A DNA stretch of 64,000 nucleotides from Kordia sp. (GTDB lineage: Bacteria > Bacteroidota > Bacteroidia > Flavobacteriales > Flavobacteriaceae), in assembly GCF_045105435.1 (NCBI RefSeq), contig NZ_JBGCDL010000137.1, positions 407-64,406 of the forward strand, given 5' to 3'. Position 1 is the stretch's first letter; each line of letters begins with the position of its first letter. Shown here piece after piece: positions 39,801-47,822 of the stretch. Under the pieces are notes generated by a model that was not told where the DNA came from, made no database searches, and saw nothing but the letters and a program-made list of their open reading frames with translations. The position numbers and the translations under genes are program-made.

Positions 39801-41026
39801 TACTTAAAACTGTATTGGTTGCAAGACATCGAATTTTTGAATTGATTAGCGAACATACACAAAACAGTTCGCTTTCAACAGCAATAAAAGCGTACATAGA
39901 AACAGAAAAGGCAGCATTGTTAAGTGAATATCTCATTACACATTATGAAATTCCTGCGTGGTTTTTACACAAAGAAGCATACAGTTACGAACGCGTTGTC
40001 AATGAATTGATCGCACAAAAACCATTGCTTGTTTTAAAGACAATTCGCAGTCAAAAAATTTCAGAAATACAGTTACTAAAATTTGCGCAAACCGTTCATT
40101 TTGAAACCTTGATTGCAGCACTTTTAAAAGTAAACACGGCACAACAAAAAGAACTTTTGGACATGCGCATGTTGTATGAAAATATTCCTTTTGTGAGCAT
40201 GCGCGGAATTTCTACCAAAAGTTTACAAGAAATCATCATTCAAAAAGTAGTAACCGCATGGCGTACTTCCAATTGGACTTTGATTGCTAGCAACACTATT
40301 TGGAATGAATTGTTATGGGAAACCTGTGGAAAAAAAGCCGTACAGCAACGCGATTTTATAAAAGCTATTGGCGCGATTAAAACCCAATTGCCAACCGCTT
40401 TATTAGTTACATACAAAACCTTGTTACCACATTATAAAACTACAAAAAAAACAACAGCAGAAATTATATCTAAAACTGAAAATAAAACAGCTATGAATAC
40501 AGAATTAGCTTCATTTCCCGACGAAGGCGTTCCTATTCCGAATGCAGGATTGGTCATGTTAAACACCTATTTTTTAATGTTACTTGATCGTTTGGGAATT
40601 GTAAAAGACAAAGAATTTATATCGGAAAACGCACAGTTAGACGCCATACATTATTTGCAATATATCGTAACAGGACTTACCGAAACGGAAGAATCTTTGC
40701 TGACCTTAAATAAAATTTTAGTTGGGCTTCCGCCGAATGTACCTGTGAAAAGTAGCATAGAAATGACCGATGAACAAAAACAACTTATTGACGGAATGAT
40801 TCAGGCTGCAATTCATCATTGGACGGCAATTGGAGATACTTCCATAAATGGTTTTCGTGGAAATTGGTTGGTACGTGAAGGAATTTTGCGCGAAACCGAA
40901 GACCGTTGGGAATTAACTGTAGAAAAGCGAGCATACGATATTTTAATGCTAAAATCACCCTTTTCATTTTCAATCATAAAACTACCGTGGATGGAAAAAC
41001 CATTGCACGTTACTTGGCCATTTTAA
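36812..41026 (+). CDS. Contractile injection system tape measure protein (Afp14-like), 1404 aa
   Basis: N-terminal KLAVDLG and FLMQGMLPW; C-terminal IPNAGLVML, LNKILVG, HWTAIG.TS, WLVREG, WELTVEKRAYDIL and IIKLPWM; long helical middle. Confidence 0.9.
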   Translation: MHSQGAHIVTRCQWNTAFDSKRLAHQLQTDISAWSAYKMKRVITSVFDSICPKGQTLKIKKLAVDLGTITYENMLSELPLRLEEALRIALYDLIMYPKNGDKTLEIVHEDIAQVHVLRDFLMQGMLPWNYQETYGTAVQIMRSQLTNNRLDVIQMIQEIGSSANVRKRIAWQFPDVIIKKIIAGLEPNNHQQIINFSDEFVKVQEKETIVQTSTNDLKKNIWLWILNYLFTERGTIFNRISFVRSTVTQMASHFNLSYDVMIELIEKSIERANEYSPIEKGFIAILKLLSDELQNTSFSRVKTEKQKENFWVKVATYFNSETARSTNIQKNEFNELVINLSKLDTARFQKILLNIDQKPSTWKAVLKDLIPAAIENLFLALAPTQSKNVLTQISFLSKLPQTTHVKVQTLDLYTYGIEFCINNQNTSVAKNAFLDFVVEKLAKQQQQTKLVILDHFVLSNVTNTQKKTSFISLFKELNTLYQKEITNTKMVASNEALQQIMSRYISEIEQTSNATNASKELEKTVQKWISASPVQFWKVVQKLEKTPKVTVHITALVSAYGMDRFLKSVQPESYTLLLKIQKIIHTFISKQPKKANALRAIEKIIISTGFEVIWKDSKIQTTEFFVQFLQQLQRQESSIRVSKTDIQAVIELLLQTSKIRTLAWSARKFASIQKHYNIQLAKTPIEEVIALIQQSNQQVYVAEYISKLVRTKKHTTREFKTKETTLISYLIANGVHIRTRLRSMFLKQITATNTTISNTQIELQLEEIFWQSLVMYQVHRGNEARFISLFEKTVIYTFPALEMKPQKAVKSVVEMKKVAEKNQLLQTPYRISTVVLFETIRTNFTATNSEVQIVEKSYSFAALFMMALETSPTEIRAIIKETTFATKQLHFIQETINLETFLLLNANDASSTQSEVFKSIYTLFTIAKQLGNAQITTTLQGVFWKEVLAFIQGKITRKRVVEKLTATTFDALSEIATLDQITIVKHVQNNAIVIPKLLKTVLVARHRIFELISEHTQNSSLSTAIKAYIETEKAALLSEYLITHYEIPAWFLHKEAYSYERVVNELIAQKPLLVLKTIRSQKISEIQLLKFAQTVHFETLIAALLKVNTAQQKELLDMRMLYENIPFVSMRGISTKSLQEIIIQKVVTAWRTSNWTLIASNTIWNELLWETCGKKAVQQRDFIKAIGAIKTQLPTALLVTYKTLLPHYKTTKKTTAEIISKTENKTAMNTELASFPDEGVPIPNAGLVMLNTYFLMLLDRLGIVKDKEFISENAQLDAIHYLQYIVTGLTETEESLLTLNKILVGLPPNVPVKSSIEMTDEQKQLIDGMIQAAIHHWTAIGDTSINGFRGNWLVREGILRETEDRWELTVEKRAYDILMLKSPFSFSIIKLPWMEKPLHVTWPF

Positions 41027-41163
41027 AAAAATAAATACAACCATGAATATTTGTACAAAACCATCAAAAATAGACAGTAGTTAACCCTGTCATCACACAG
41101 AAAAGAAGCGTATAACCTGCAAAATGGTTAAAAAATTAATTAACAAACTAAAAAATAAAATTT

Positions 41164-43536
41164 ATGAATTCTTACAATGAAAATCTACATTCGAGTGTCG
41201 TTTCGTCATTGAACGAGCAAGAATTAGAATTACAAAAAGTAAAGTCGCAACAAGATGCGTCTATGTTTTCGCTTTACTACGCACAAGGCGATCGAATTAC
41301 AACGGCTGAAAAGCTAGAAGTAATTAACAGAAAGTACCTTTTTCAACAAAAAGTACATGAGCAAGCTATTACGGACAGTGACCTGTCTACCAATGTTTTG
41401 GCTTCTTCTGAAAATGTAAAAACGTACACTGCAAAATCTGTAAGCAATACAGCTGTAGCTGCTGCAAATGTTCAAATTGCCGCAAATGCTATTTTAAAAC
41501 TTACTAGCGATGCAGGAAGTATTTTTAGTATTGTAAGTGCTGCTGATTTTGGCACTGAAATTTACACACAAAGTAAAAATGCCTACGATTTAATGAATGT
41601 TACTGCATACACAGCTGAAAAAACATCACAACACAGTATGGAAGCTTCACAATTAATTGCAGAAGTACCATCAAACACGTTGGCAGATAAAGCAACAAGT
41701 ACAGATGCTGCTGTTAAAAACTTATTGACAGTAACCTCGTCACAATTTGAAGCAACAACACAAGAGCTTTCTACTGAAAATGAAAAACTAGCTACTTCAA
41801 ACACAAATGAGAAAAAAGCAGAAGGTGTTTTAGAAGACACAAGTGTTGCCTACAATGCTACATTTGAAGCGTATAGATTAAACAACTCTGAATTGAATTT
41901 GGGATTACATGTACATGTACCAAAGTCAGTTGGTGATGCAACCAATTATACGGTTTCTTTTTTACCATATACAAGTCCTTTTACAAAAGATGAAAATGGT
42001 AATATAATAGCAAATAGTAGCGCTCCAACTAGTGGATATCCAGTAGATGATTACTACATTATGCTGGTAAAAGACAGTAAGAGTGACACATTTTCTGTGA
42101 ACAATGCCGAAGATATTGTAGATAAAGGTGATCGAAGTAAGTTTTATCAAGTTTCACCAAAAACTAAAAATCTTACTGAAACTACGGAGGAAAATCATGT
42201 TCTTATTGATTTTTCTAGTTTTACGGCGCCGATCAAACAAAAAATTTATACTTCTCAATTATTAGACACTGATGGTGACGCTATGAATTTGGGAGATGAG
42301 TATGTCGTGGTTGTCTTTGCAGTTTTGGATAATAGTTACAAAAAAATCATCAACACATTTGATGATTATATGACAGCTCCAAGTAGAAGATTTTCATTGG
42401 AAAATAGATTAAACGCAGTAAGCGCAAATAACATTAAAGCGACTGGTGGAGGTTCTGAAGAAGTAATTACAATTTCAGATAATACCAATACAGGAGATAT
42501 TACTATTGATGGAGAAGAAATGATTGCTGTTGAAAAAATTACATTTAAAGTCTTAGAAAATCCAGACTACGAAGTTGTATATCACGGATTATTTTTACCA
42601 GATAATACCAACCTAATTAAAGGTTTATTAACTGTTGAAGGTTTAATGAATCTTGAAACGGAAACCAATCTATTAGAAGATATTGCTGACAAGTATGATC
42701 CTCAAATTGAAGCTGCTAAGGAAAAAATAAATTCATTAAACTCCGAAATTTCAGGATTGGACACTGAAATAAATGAAGACAGCAAAATTATTGCCGATCC
42801 TACCACAAGCGCTTCTAAAAAGAAAAAAGCAGAAGCACAAAAGGCAAAAGCAGAAGCCGAGCGTGGTAAAAAATCTAAGGTTTTAACCACAGAAAAAGCG
42901 CATTTGAAACAACTTGAAAAAGAACAGAAAAAAGAAGTTAAGAATGCTACAAGATTAAAGCATATTAAACCTGGATTCTTTTTTAACTTAACAACTGCTG
43001 AGCAAATTCCTGCGGGAAGTTATACGCCAATAGTTAGAAGTGAAGCAGACTCAACAAAAGCCATTTTTGACTATCTAATTAATGAAGCAACAGTTGATTG
43101 GGAAAAATGGAAGAAAAATAATTGGGATACTGTCGATAAAGCAATCTTATTAGAGAAACTTGAAATCGTTATTAATGATCTTGAAAAACTAGAGTTTAAA
43201 CACTTCGTAGACGATGTTATAGATTTATTAATAACCACGCTTAATATTGTCATTGAAGAACTAGAAAAATTATTCTATGATTTTTCAGACTTTATCAATG
43301 ATCTTGGATTAGTACATAGTGGATATAAACTATATACGATGGAGTTTGAAATTAAGCCAGAAACTACAGATAATTTTGGAAACCGATTAATTAACAAAAA
43401 CAAATACATTCCTGCAATTGTAACTGTTTCAAATAATACGGCAACAATTAACAAGCAATTTACAAATGCGCTTTCTGATTTTCAGCATACAAAAACATTT
43501 AGGTATATAGATCCAACCACAAACGCAACATACTAA
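41164..43536 (+). CDS. Hypothetical 790-aa protein: N-terminal Ala/Ser-rich helical region, then beta-rich domains with coiled-coil inserts
   Basis: Long ORF with no signal peptide; domain layout inferred from composition. Confidence 0.75.
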   Translation: MNSYNENLHSSVVSSLNEQELELQKVKSQQDASMFSLYYAQGDRITTAEKLEVINRKYLFQQKVHEQAITDSDLSTNVLASSENVKTYTAKSVSNTAVAAANVQIAANAILKLTSDAGSIFSIVSAADFGTEIYTQSKNAYDLMNVTAYTAEKTSQHSMEASQLIAEVPSNTLADKATSTDAAVKNLLTVTSSQFEATTQELSTENEKLATSNTNEKKAEGVLEDTSVAYNATFEAYRLNNSELNLGLHVHVPKSVGDATNYTVSFLPYTSPFTKDENGNIIANSSAPTSGYPVDDYYIMLVKDSKSDTFSVNNAEDIVDKGDRSKFYQVSPKTKNLTETTEENHVLIDFSSFTAPIKQKIYTSQLLDTDGDAMNLGDEYVVVVFAVLDNSYKKIINTFDDYMTAPSRRFSLENRLNAVSANNIKATGGGSEEVITISDNTNTGDITIDGEEMIAVEKITFKVLENPDYEVVYHGLFLPDNTNLIKGLLTVEGLMNLETETNLLEDIADKYDPQIEAAKEKINSLNSEISGLDTEINEDSKIIADPTTSASKKKKAEAQKAKAEAERGKKSKVLTTEKAHLKQLEKEQKKEVKNATRLKHIKPGFFFNLTTAEQIPAGSYTPIVRSEADSTKAIFDYLINEATVDWEKWKKNNWDTVDKAILLEKLEIVINDLEKLEFKHFVDDVIDLLITTLNIVIEELEKLFYDFSDFINDLGLVHSGYKLYTMEFEIKPETTDNFGNRLINKNKYIPAIVTVSNNTATINKQFTNALSDFQHTKTFRYIDPTTNATY

Positions 43537-43554
43537 AATTTAAAAAAAGAACTT

Positions 43555-44427
43555 ATGAGCACATTAAATACATTAGTTCCGCCACAATACGGAATTACCG
43601 AACGCAAAAAACAAGAGTTAGATCAACTCACACAACAAGTAATAGATGCACAAGATACTGTAAACCAATACCAAGCTATTGTTGACTCGCTTACAGAAAA
43701 ATCGAACAAATTAAACACGCAACTTACCAATGCAGAAGCTAACAAAGCACAAGCATTGAGCAATAAAGATTTGTTAGATACTATGGTGAATGACGCTAAA
43801 GACTTACAAAGCAATTCAAGTGTTACATTTGATGCTATTGTACTTGCAGATGCCAAAATAAAAACTGTTGCTGAAGAAATAAAAACGACGATTAATAACT
43901 TAATCTATTCAGCAGAAGTTATCAATAAACTAGCAAACTTAGTCATTCGCAAAAAAGCGTCTAATCCGTTAATTTCTGACGAATTGGTAACAATGGTTAC
44001 GACTGCTGGAACAGATGCAAACAATGCAGTAGCGCTTACATTAGTAGCGTTACAATCTGTTTTTTCTGCACAAGCAACCAGCTTAGAATCGGAAGCAGCA
44101 ATGGCTTTACAACTCTTACAAGCTACAAAGCTTTATGAGCTTATGATTGGTGAAGAAGTTGATGGTATTGACAATAAATTGCCAATTGCCAAAGAGCCTG
44201 AAGATGGAGCACAAGTAATAAAAACAAAGAAAAAATATACAATCCAATCTTTATTAGATTATGCGTATACCGTTACAAGCAATATGTATGAAGAAGCATT
44301 AACAGCATCTAAAGACACGTTGAAGCAATTAAACGATATCCAAAGTAAGCTTAGTGAAGCACAAGTACAACTTGCTTCTTTACAAGCCGGACTTGCCGCA
44401 GCAAACGCAGCAGCATTGGCTTCCTAA
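43555..44427 (+). CDS. Hypothetical 290-aa all-helical coiled-coil protein
   Basis: Gln/Ala/Leu-rich heptads, a hydrophobic stretch AVALTLVALQSVFSAQA and an Ala-rich C-terminus. Confidence 0.75.
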   Translation: MSTLNTLVPPQYGITERKKQELDQLTQQVIDAQDTVNQYQAIVDSLTEKSNKLNTQLTNAEANKAQALSNKDLLDTMVNDAKDLQSNSSVTFDAIVLADAKIKTVAEEIKTTINNLIYSAEVINKLANLVIRKKASNPLISDELVTMVTTAGTDANNAVALTLVALQSVFSAQATSLESEAAMALQLLQATKLYELMIGEEVDGIDNKLPIAKEPEDGAQVIKTKKKYTIQSLLDYAYTVTSNMYEEALTASKDTLKQLNDIQSKLSEAQVQLASLQAGLAAANAAALAS

Positions 44428-44473
44428 ATTTCAGTATATTATATGGAATTAATCACCTTAAAACATCACAAAC

Positions 44474-45397
44474 ATGGAAAATGTATTTAAAAAATTTTAC
44501 AGAAGTTTTTACAACAGAACCAATGGTTTTATACCCACAAAACCACTGAATCAAAACATGTATCCGGGTGATTTTTTCCAAATTGTTAACGGAGAACTCA
44601 TAATTTTAGGAAATGTTTTCAGAAAAAATATCATCAATGCGGATGATGTCGCTTTTGAAAATGGTATAAAACTCAATCCTTCCAGTTGGAATTTTAGCGA
44701 AGGCGTTACAAAAGCCTATTCTGGTCGCGATAGCGGACACAATCCGTTGGAAGGCGACTTTGAGTTTAGCAAACAATTATTAAACTTTGACGGATTTGGA
44801 AGTTTCTTCTTTAAAAGTAGCGCTGCCGAATCTGTTAAGTTTGCTAATTGGAGCGATTTTAAAAGCGAACTCATTATTAAAATGACGCAAACATTATACT
44901 CCTTTCGGGAATTGTATATTGTGACCGAATGTGCAACTACAGAAAATTGGACACTTGCTATTGCCGGCTCTGACAAAGGTGAATTGGAAATTGCTACAGA
45001 ATCTGAAAACTTCGGATTGGTCGATATTTTTGGAGACTCGAACGCAAAAACAATTCAAGCAAGAGAAATTGAGTTTTATCATCGCGAAGACAAACGAAAA
45101 CCATCATTTTTTAAAGCAAAAAAATTAGTTGTTCAGCAAGAAAAACTTGAAGTATTTATCAGTCAACTCATCAGCGATCAAACCAGCGTTGCTTCGTGGG
45201 CAAATAACTTTTATCAATACGATTTTTACCATGAACAACTTTCGTATAGTCCGCCAATTACAACAAATGCACAAGCCTGTGTTTTAGACATGCTACAAGC
45301 AAATCAGCTAAATCCTAACACCGCATTACAGTATTTTTCTTGGGCGAATACCAGTTTAGACGATGTACAAAAGTTTTTTGACTATTATGGAAACTAA
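44474..45397 (+). CDS. Hypothetical protein, candidate gasdermin-like pore-forming fold
   Basis: The ORF is clear. The fold call rests on motif order (helix-GFIPTKP..MYPGD, FFF, ELYIVTE, FFKAKKL) and is inference only. Confidence 0.45.
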   Translation: MENVFKKFYRSFYNRTNGFIPTKPLNQNMYPGDFFQIVNGELIILGNVFRKNIINADDVAFENGIKLNPSSWNFSEGVTKAYSGRDSGHNPLEGDFEFSKQLLNFDGFGSFFFKSSAAESVKFANWSDFKSELIIKMTQTLYSFRELYIVTECATTENWTLAIAGSDKGELEIATESENFGLVDIFGDSNAKTIQAREIEFYHREDKRKPSFFKAKKLVVQQEKLEVFISQLISDQTSVASWANNFYQYDFYHEQLSYSPPITTNAQACVLDMLQANQLNPNTALQYFSWANTSLDDVQKFFDYYGN

Positions 45398-46742
45398 CCT
45401 ATATACTGTTTCGCTTTATGAGGAAATTAACTGGCTTCAAAATGTCATTAATAAAGTCATAAGCACGTATTTGCAGCATGAAAATGCAGCGGAAACACAT
45501 TGGACAGAAATTGAAATGCCCGATTTTTCCGAAGTAGATTCACCCTTTGCAACTACTATAAACGATTGGAATTTGACCAACTTAGAGCGCATTGCGTTGA
45601 TATTGGCAATTACGCCACACATTCAACCCGAAGCCTTGGATGTTTTTTTTGGTCAGAATCAAATATACAATCGCGGATTTACAGAATTTGGTGGTATTAT
45701 CGATAAAAATCACAGTGGTTTTTTACCAACAGGACAAACCTTATTATTTCTCCTTGCAACGCTAAATCCAGAGTGGCGATTGCAAGTATTTTCTTTTTTT
45801 GAAAATGATCATATTTTTCAGAAAGAACAAGTATTAGACATTGAAACGACGGAACAATATTTGCCAAAATTTAATGGTGTTTTAAGTATCAATCATCGAT
45901 GGTTGCATTATTTTATTACAGGAGAAAAACCAAAGTTAGAACACAGTGTTACATTTCCTGCACAAAAGATAACAACCAATTTAGAATGGGATGATATTGT
46001 GTTAAATCCAGACATAATGGATCAGGTAACTGAACTAAAAACCTGGTTGGTTCACAAAGATACACTGCTAGAAGATTGGGGATTATCCAAACATTTAAAA
46101 CCGGGTTACAGAGCCTTATTATACGGCCCACCAGGCACAGGAAAAACCTTAACTGTTTCTTTATTAGGGAAAAATTTAGGGTTGGATGTCTATCGAGTCG
46201 ATTTGTCAATGATTGTTTCCAAATACATTGGAGAAACAGAAAAAAACCTATCACGTATTTTTGATACGGCAGCGCATCAAAACTGGATTCTATTTTTTGA
46301 TGAAGCAGATGCCTTATTTGGAAAACGTACCAAAGCAAATTCGTCAAATGACCGACATGCCAATCAGCAAACAGCCTATTTATTGCAACGTATTGAAGAT
46401 TTTCCAGGATTCATTATTCTGGCTTCCAATTTAAGAGGAAATATGGATGAAGCCTTTTCGAGAAGATTTCAATCCATCATACAGTTTAAAATGCCTTCCG
46501 TGGAAGAACGCATATTATTATGGCAAAAAGCATTTTCAGGCACTTGCACGTTGGCTTCTGACATCGATCTAAATAACATTGCAGAAAATTACGAATTGGC
46601 TGGTGGCGCCATTATCAATGTGTTGCGTTATTGTGCACTTTCGGCAATTCAACGCGGAGATACTGTTGTACAAAAGCAAGAATTAATTACAGGAATTCGG
46701 AAAGAATTAAAAAAAGAAAACAAAACCATTACACAACTTTAA
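45387..46742 (+). CDS. AAA+ ATPase (Afp15/Pvc15-like); likely start 45387 (track gives 45363)
   Basis: LLYGPPGTGKT, VDLSMIVSKYIGETEKNL, LFFDEADALFGKRT, DRHANQ..AYLLQRIE, ASNL and DEAFSRRF. Confidence 0.95.
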   Translation: METNLYTVSLYEEINWLQNVINKVISTYLQHENAAETHWTEIEMPDFSEVDSPFATTINDWNLTNLERIALILAITPHIQPEALDVFFGQNQIYNRGFTEFGGIIDKNHSGFLPTGQTLLFLLATLNPEWRLQVFSFFENDHIFQKEQVLDIETTEQYLPKFNGVLSINHRWLHYFITGEKPKLEHSVTFPAQKITTNLEWDDIVLNPDIMDQVTELKTWLVHKDTLLEDWGLSKHLKPGYRALLYGPPGTGKTLTVSLLGKNLGLDVYRVDLSMIVSKYIGETEKNLSRIFDTAAHQNWILFFDEADALFGKRTKANSSNDRHANQQTAYLLQRIEDFPGFIILASNLRGNMDEAFSRRFQSIIQFKMPSVEERILLWQKAFSGTCTLASDIDLNNIAENYELAGGAIINVLRYCALSAIQRGDTVVQKQELITGIRKELKKENKTITQL

Positions 46743-46755
46743 AAATAGCTCCTAA

Positions 46756-47268
46756 ATGGATATTAAAAAACATACACACAAAGAAGCACATTACCAGTTA
46801 TTGGTAATGCATTCATGGCGTTATGAAATTCCACAGGAACAACGAAACATTATCATTGCAGAAGCGCTCAATAAATGTACTGTAGATAAAGACTTTAAAG
46901 TATATGGTTACTTAATTACAAACCGACGTGTATTTTTAATTGGACATAGTAAAACGACTCCTTTTCAAAAAGTACTACAGTATTTTTATAAAAAAGTGGC
47001 TTTGGGAATTATGCGATATAAAAATAGAAATGAAACGTATAAAGAAAAGCACCTTTTAGAATCAAAGGTGCATCATAATTTATTTACGGAGTATCCATTT
47101 TACAACAAATCTATCAAACAATCAATTACGGGACATAAAGTTGAGTTTCCATATTACGATCCGCATTTAAAAAGGCTTCAAGAGTATATTCATCATCATA
47201 ATTATTGTTCTGCCTTGGATTATAGTGGCGGAAAAAGTCCTGTCATTGTGCACCAAATCGAAGCTTAA
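46756..47268 (+). CDS. Degenerate REP-associated tyrosine transposase (RAYT/Y1)-like protein
   Basis: IIIAEALNKC..DKDFKVYGYLITNRRVFLI and YIH...YCSALDYSGGKS follow the Bacteroidota RAYT layout as I recall it, but the HUH histidines are absent. Confidence 0.55.
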   Translation: MDIKKHTHKEAHYQLLVMHSWRYEIPQEQRNIIIAEALNKCTVDKDFKVYGYLITNRRVFLIGHSKTTPFQKVLQYFYKKVALGIMRYKNRNETYKEKHLLESKVHHNLFTEYPFYNKSIKQSITGHKVEFPYYDPHLKRLQEYIHHHNYCSALDYSGGKSPVIVHQIEA

Positions 47269-47299
47269 TTTTATAAAACTACTAAAAATCAATTCTGTC

Positions 47300-47785
47300 A
47301 TGAAAGCGCATCTTACTAAAAAAACGGAGAAAAAAACACAAACTGCGGCGGCGCATCAAAGCAAAGGAGTTGCACTTGAAGACAATCGTCCAAAGACAAT
47401 AATTCAACAGAAAAAAAATAATACAGGATTGCCTGACAATTTAAAATCGGGTATGGAAAACTTATCAGGTCATTCGTTAGATGATGTCAAAGTACATTAC
47501 AATTCGTCCAAACCTGCGCAACTTAACGCACATGCGTATGCACAAGGAACCAATATTCACGTAGCTTCTGGGCAGGAAAAGCATTTAGCACACGAAGCTT
47601 GGCATGTAGTACAGCAAAAACAAGGACGTGTACAACCTACAAAAACGGTGAATGGTGCCAAAATAAATGACAATATTGGTTTGGAAAAAGAAGCGGATGT
47701 GATGGGCGGGAAAGCGTTGCAGATGAAAACACGTACGCCAGAAGGTCCAAATTCAAAAAAAAAAGGGAAAAAAAGGTATTTCTAA
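47300..47785 (+). CDS. DUF4157 (eCIS core) domain protein, probably the 5' half of a frameshifted gene; start 47300
   Basis: TGLPDNLKSGMENLSG, DVKVHYNS.KPAQLNAHAYAQG, HLAHEAWHVVQQKQGRV and LEKEADVMG; ends just after an A10 tract. Confidence 0.92.
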   Translation: MKAHLTKKTEKKTQTAAAHQSKGVALEDNRPKTIIQQKKNNTGLPDNLKSGMENLSGHSLDDVKVHYNSSKPAQLNAHAYAQGTNIHVASGQEKHLAHEAWHVVQQKQGRVQPTKTVNGAKINDNIGLEKEADVMGGKALQMKTRTPEGPNSKKKGKKRYF

Positions 47786-47822
47786 TAGTACACAGTTAAA
47801 ATCTGCAAGAACTCATAATATA

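Noticed and set aside
41027-41163. Third copy of the eCIS upstream motif before the 790-aa gene
   Set aside because: Only fragments (gtataacct, tcacacag, aaatggt) in the wrong order or spacing; too weak to call.
21406-46742. Prophage or Bacteroidota T6SS (subtype iii)
   Set aside because: No capsid, portal, terminase, integrase or lysis genes and no TssB/TssC/TssK/TssN-O-P/ClpV. DUF4255, the CIS tape measure, the Afp15-type ATPase and DUF4157 point to an eCIS.
46756-47268. Active insertion sequence
   Set aside because: HUH histidines are absent, there are no flanking REP arrays or terminal structures, and the ORF is tightly embedded in the operon.
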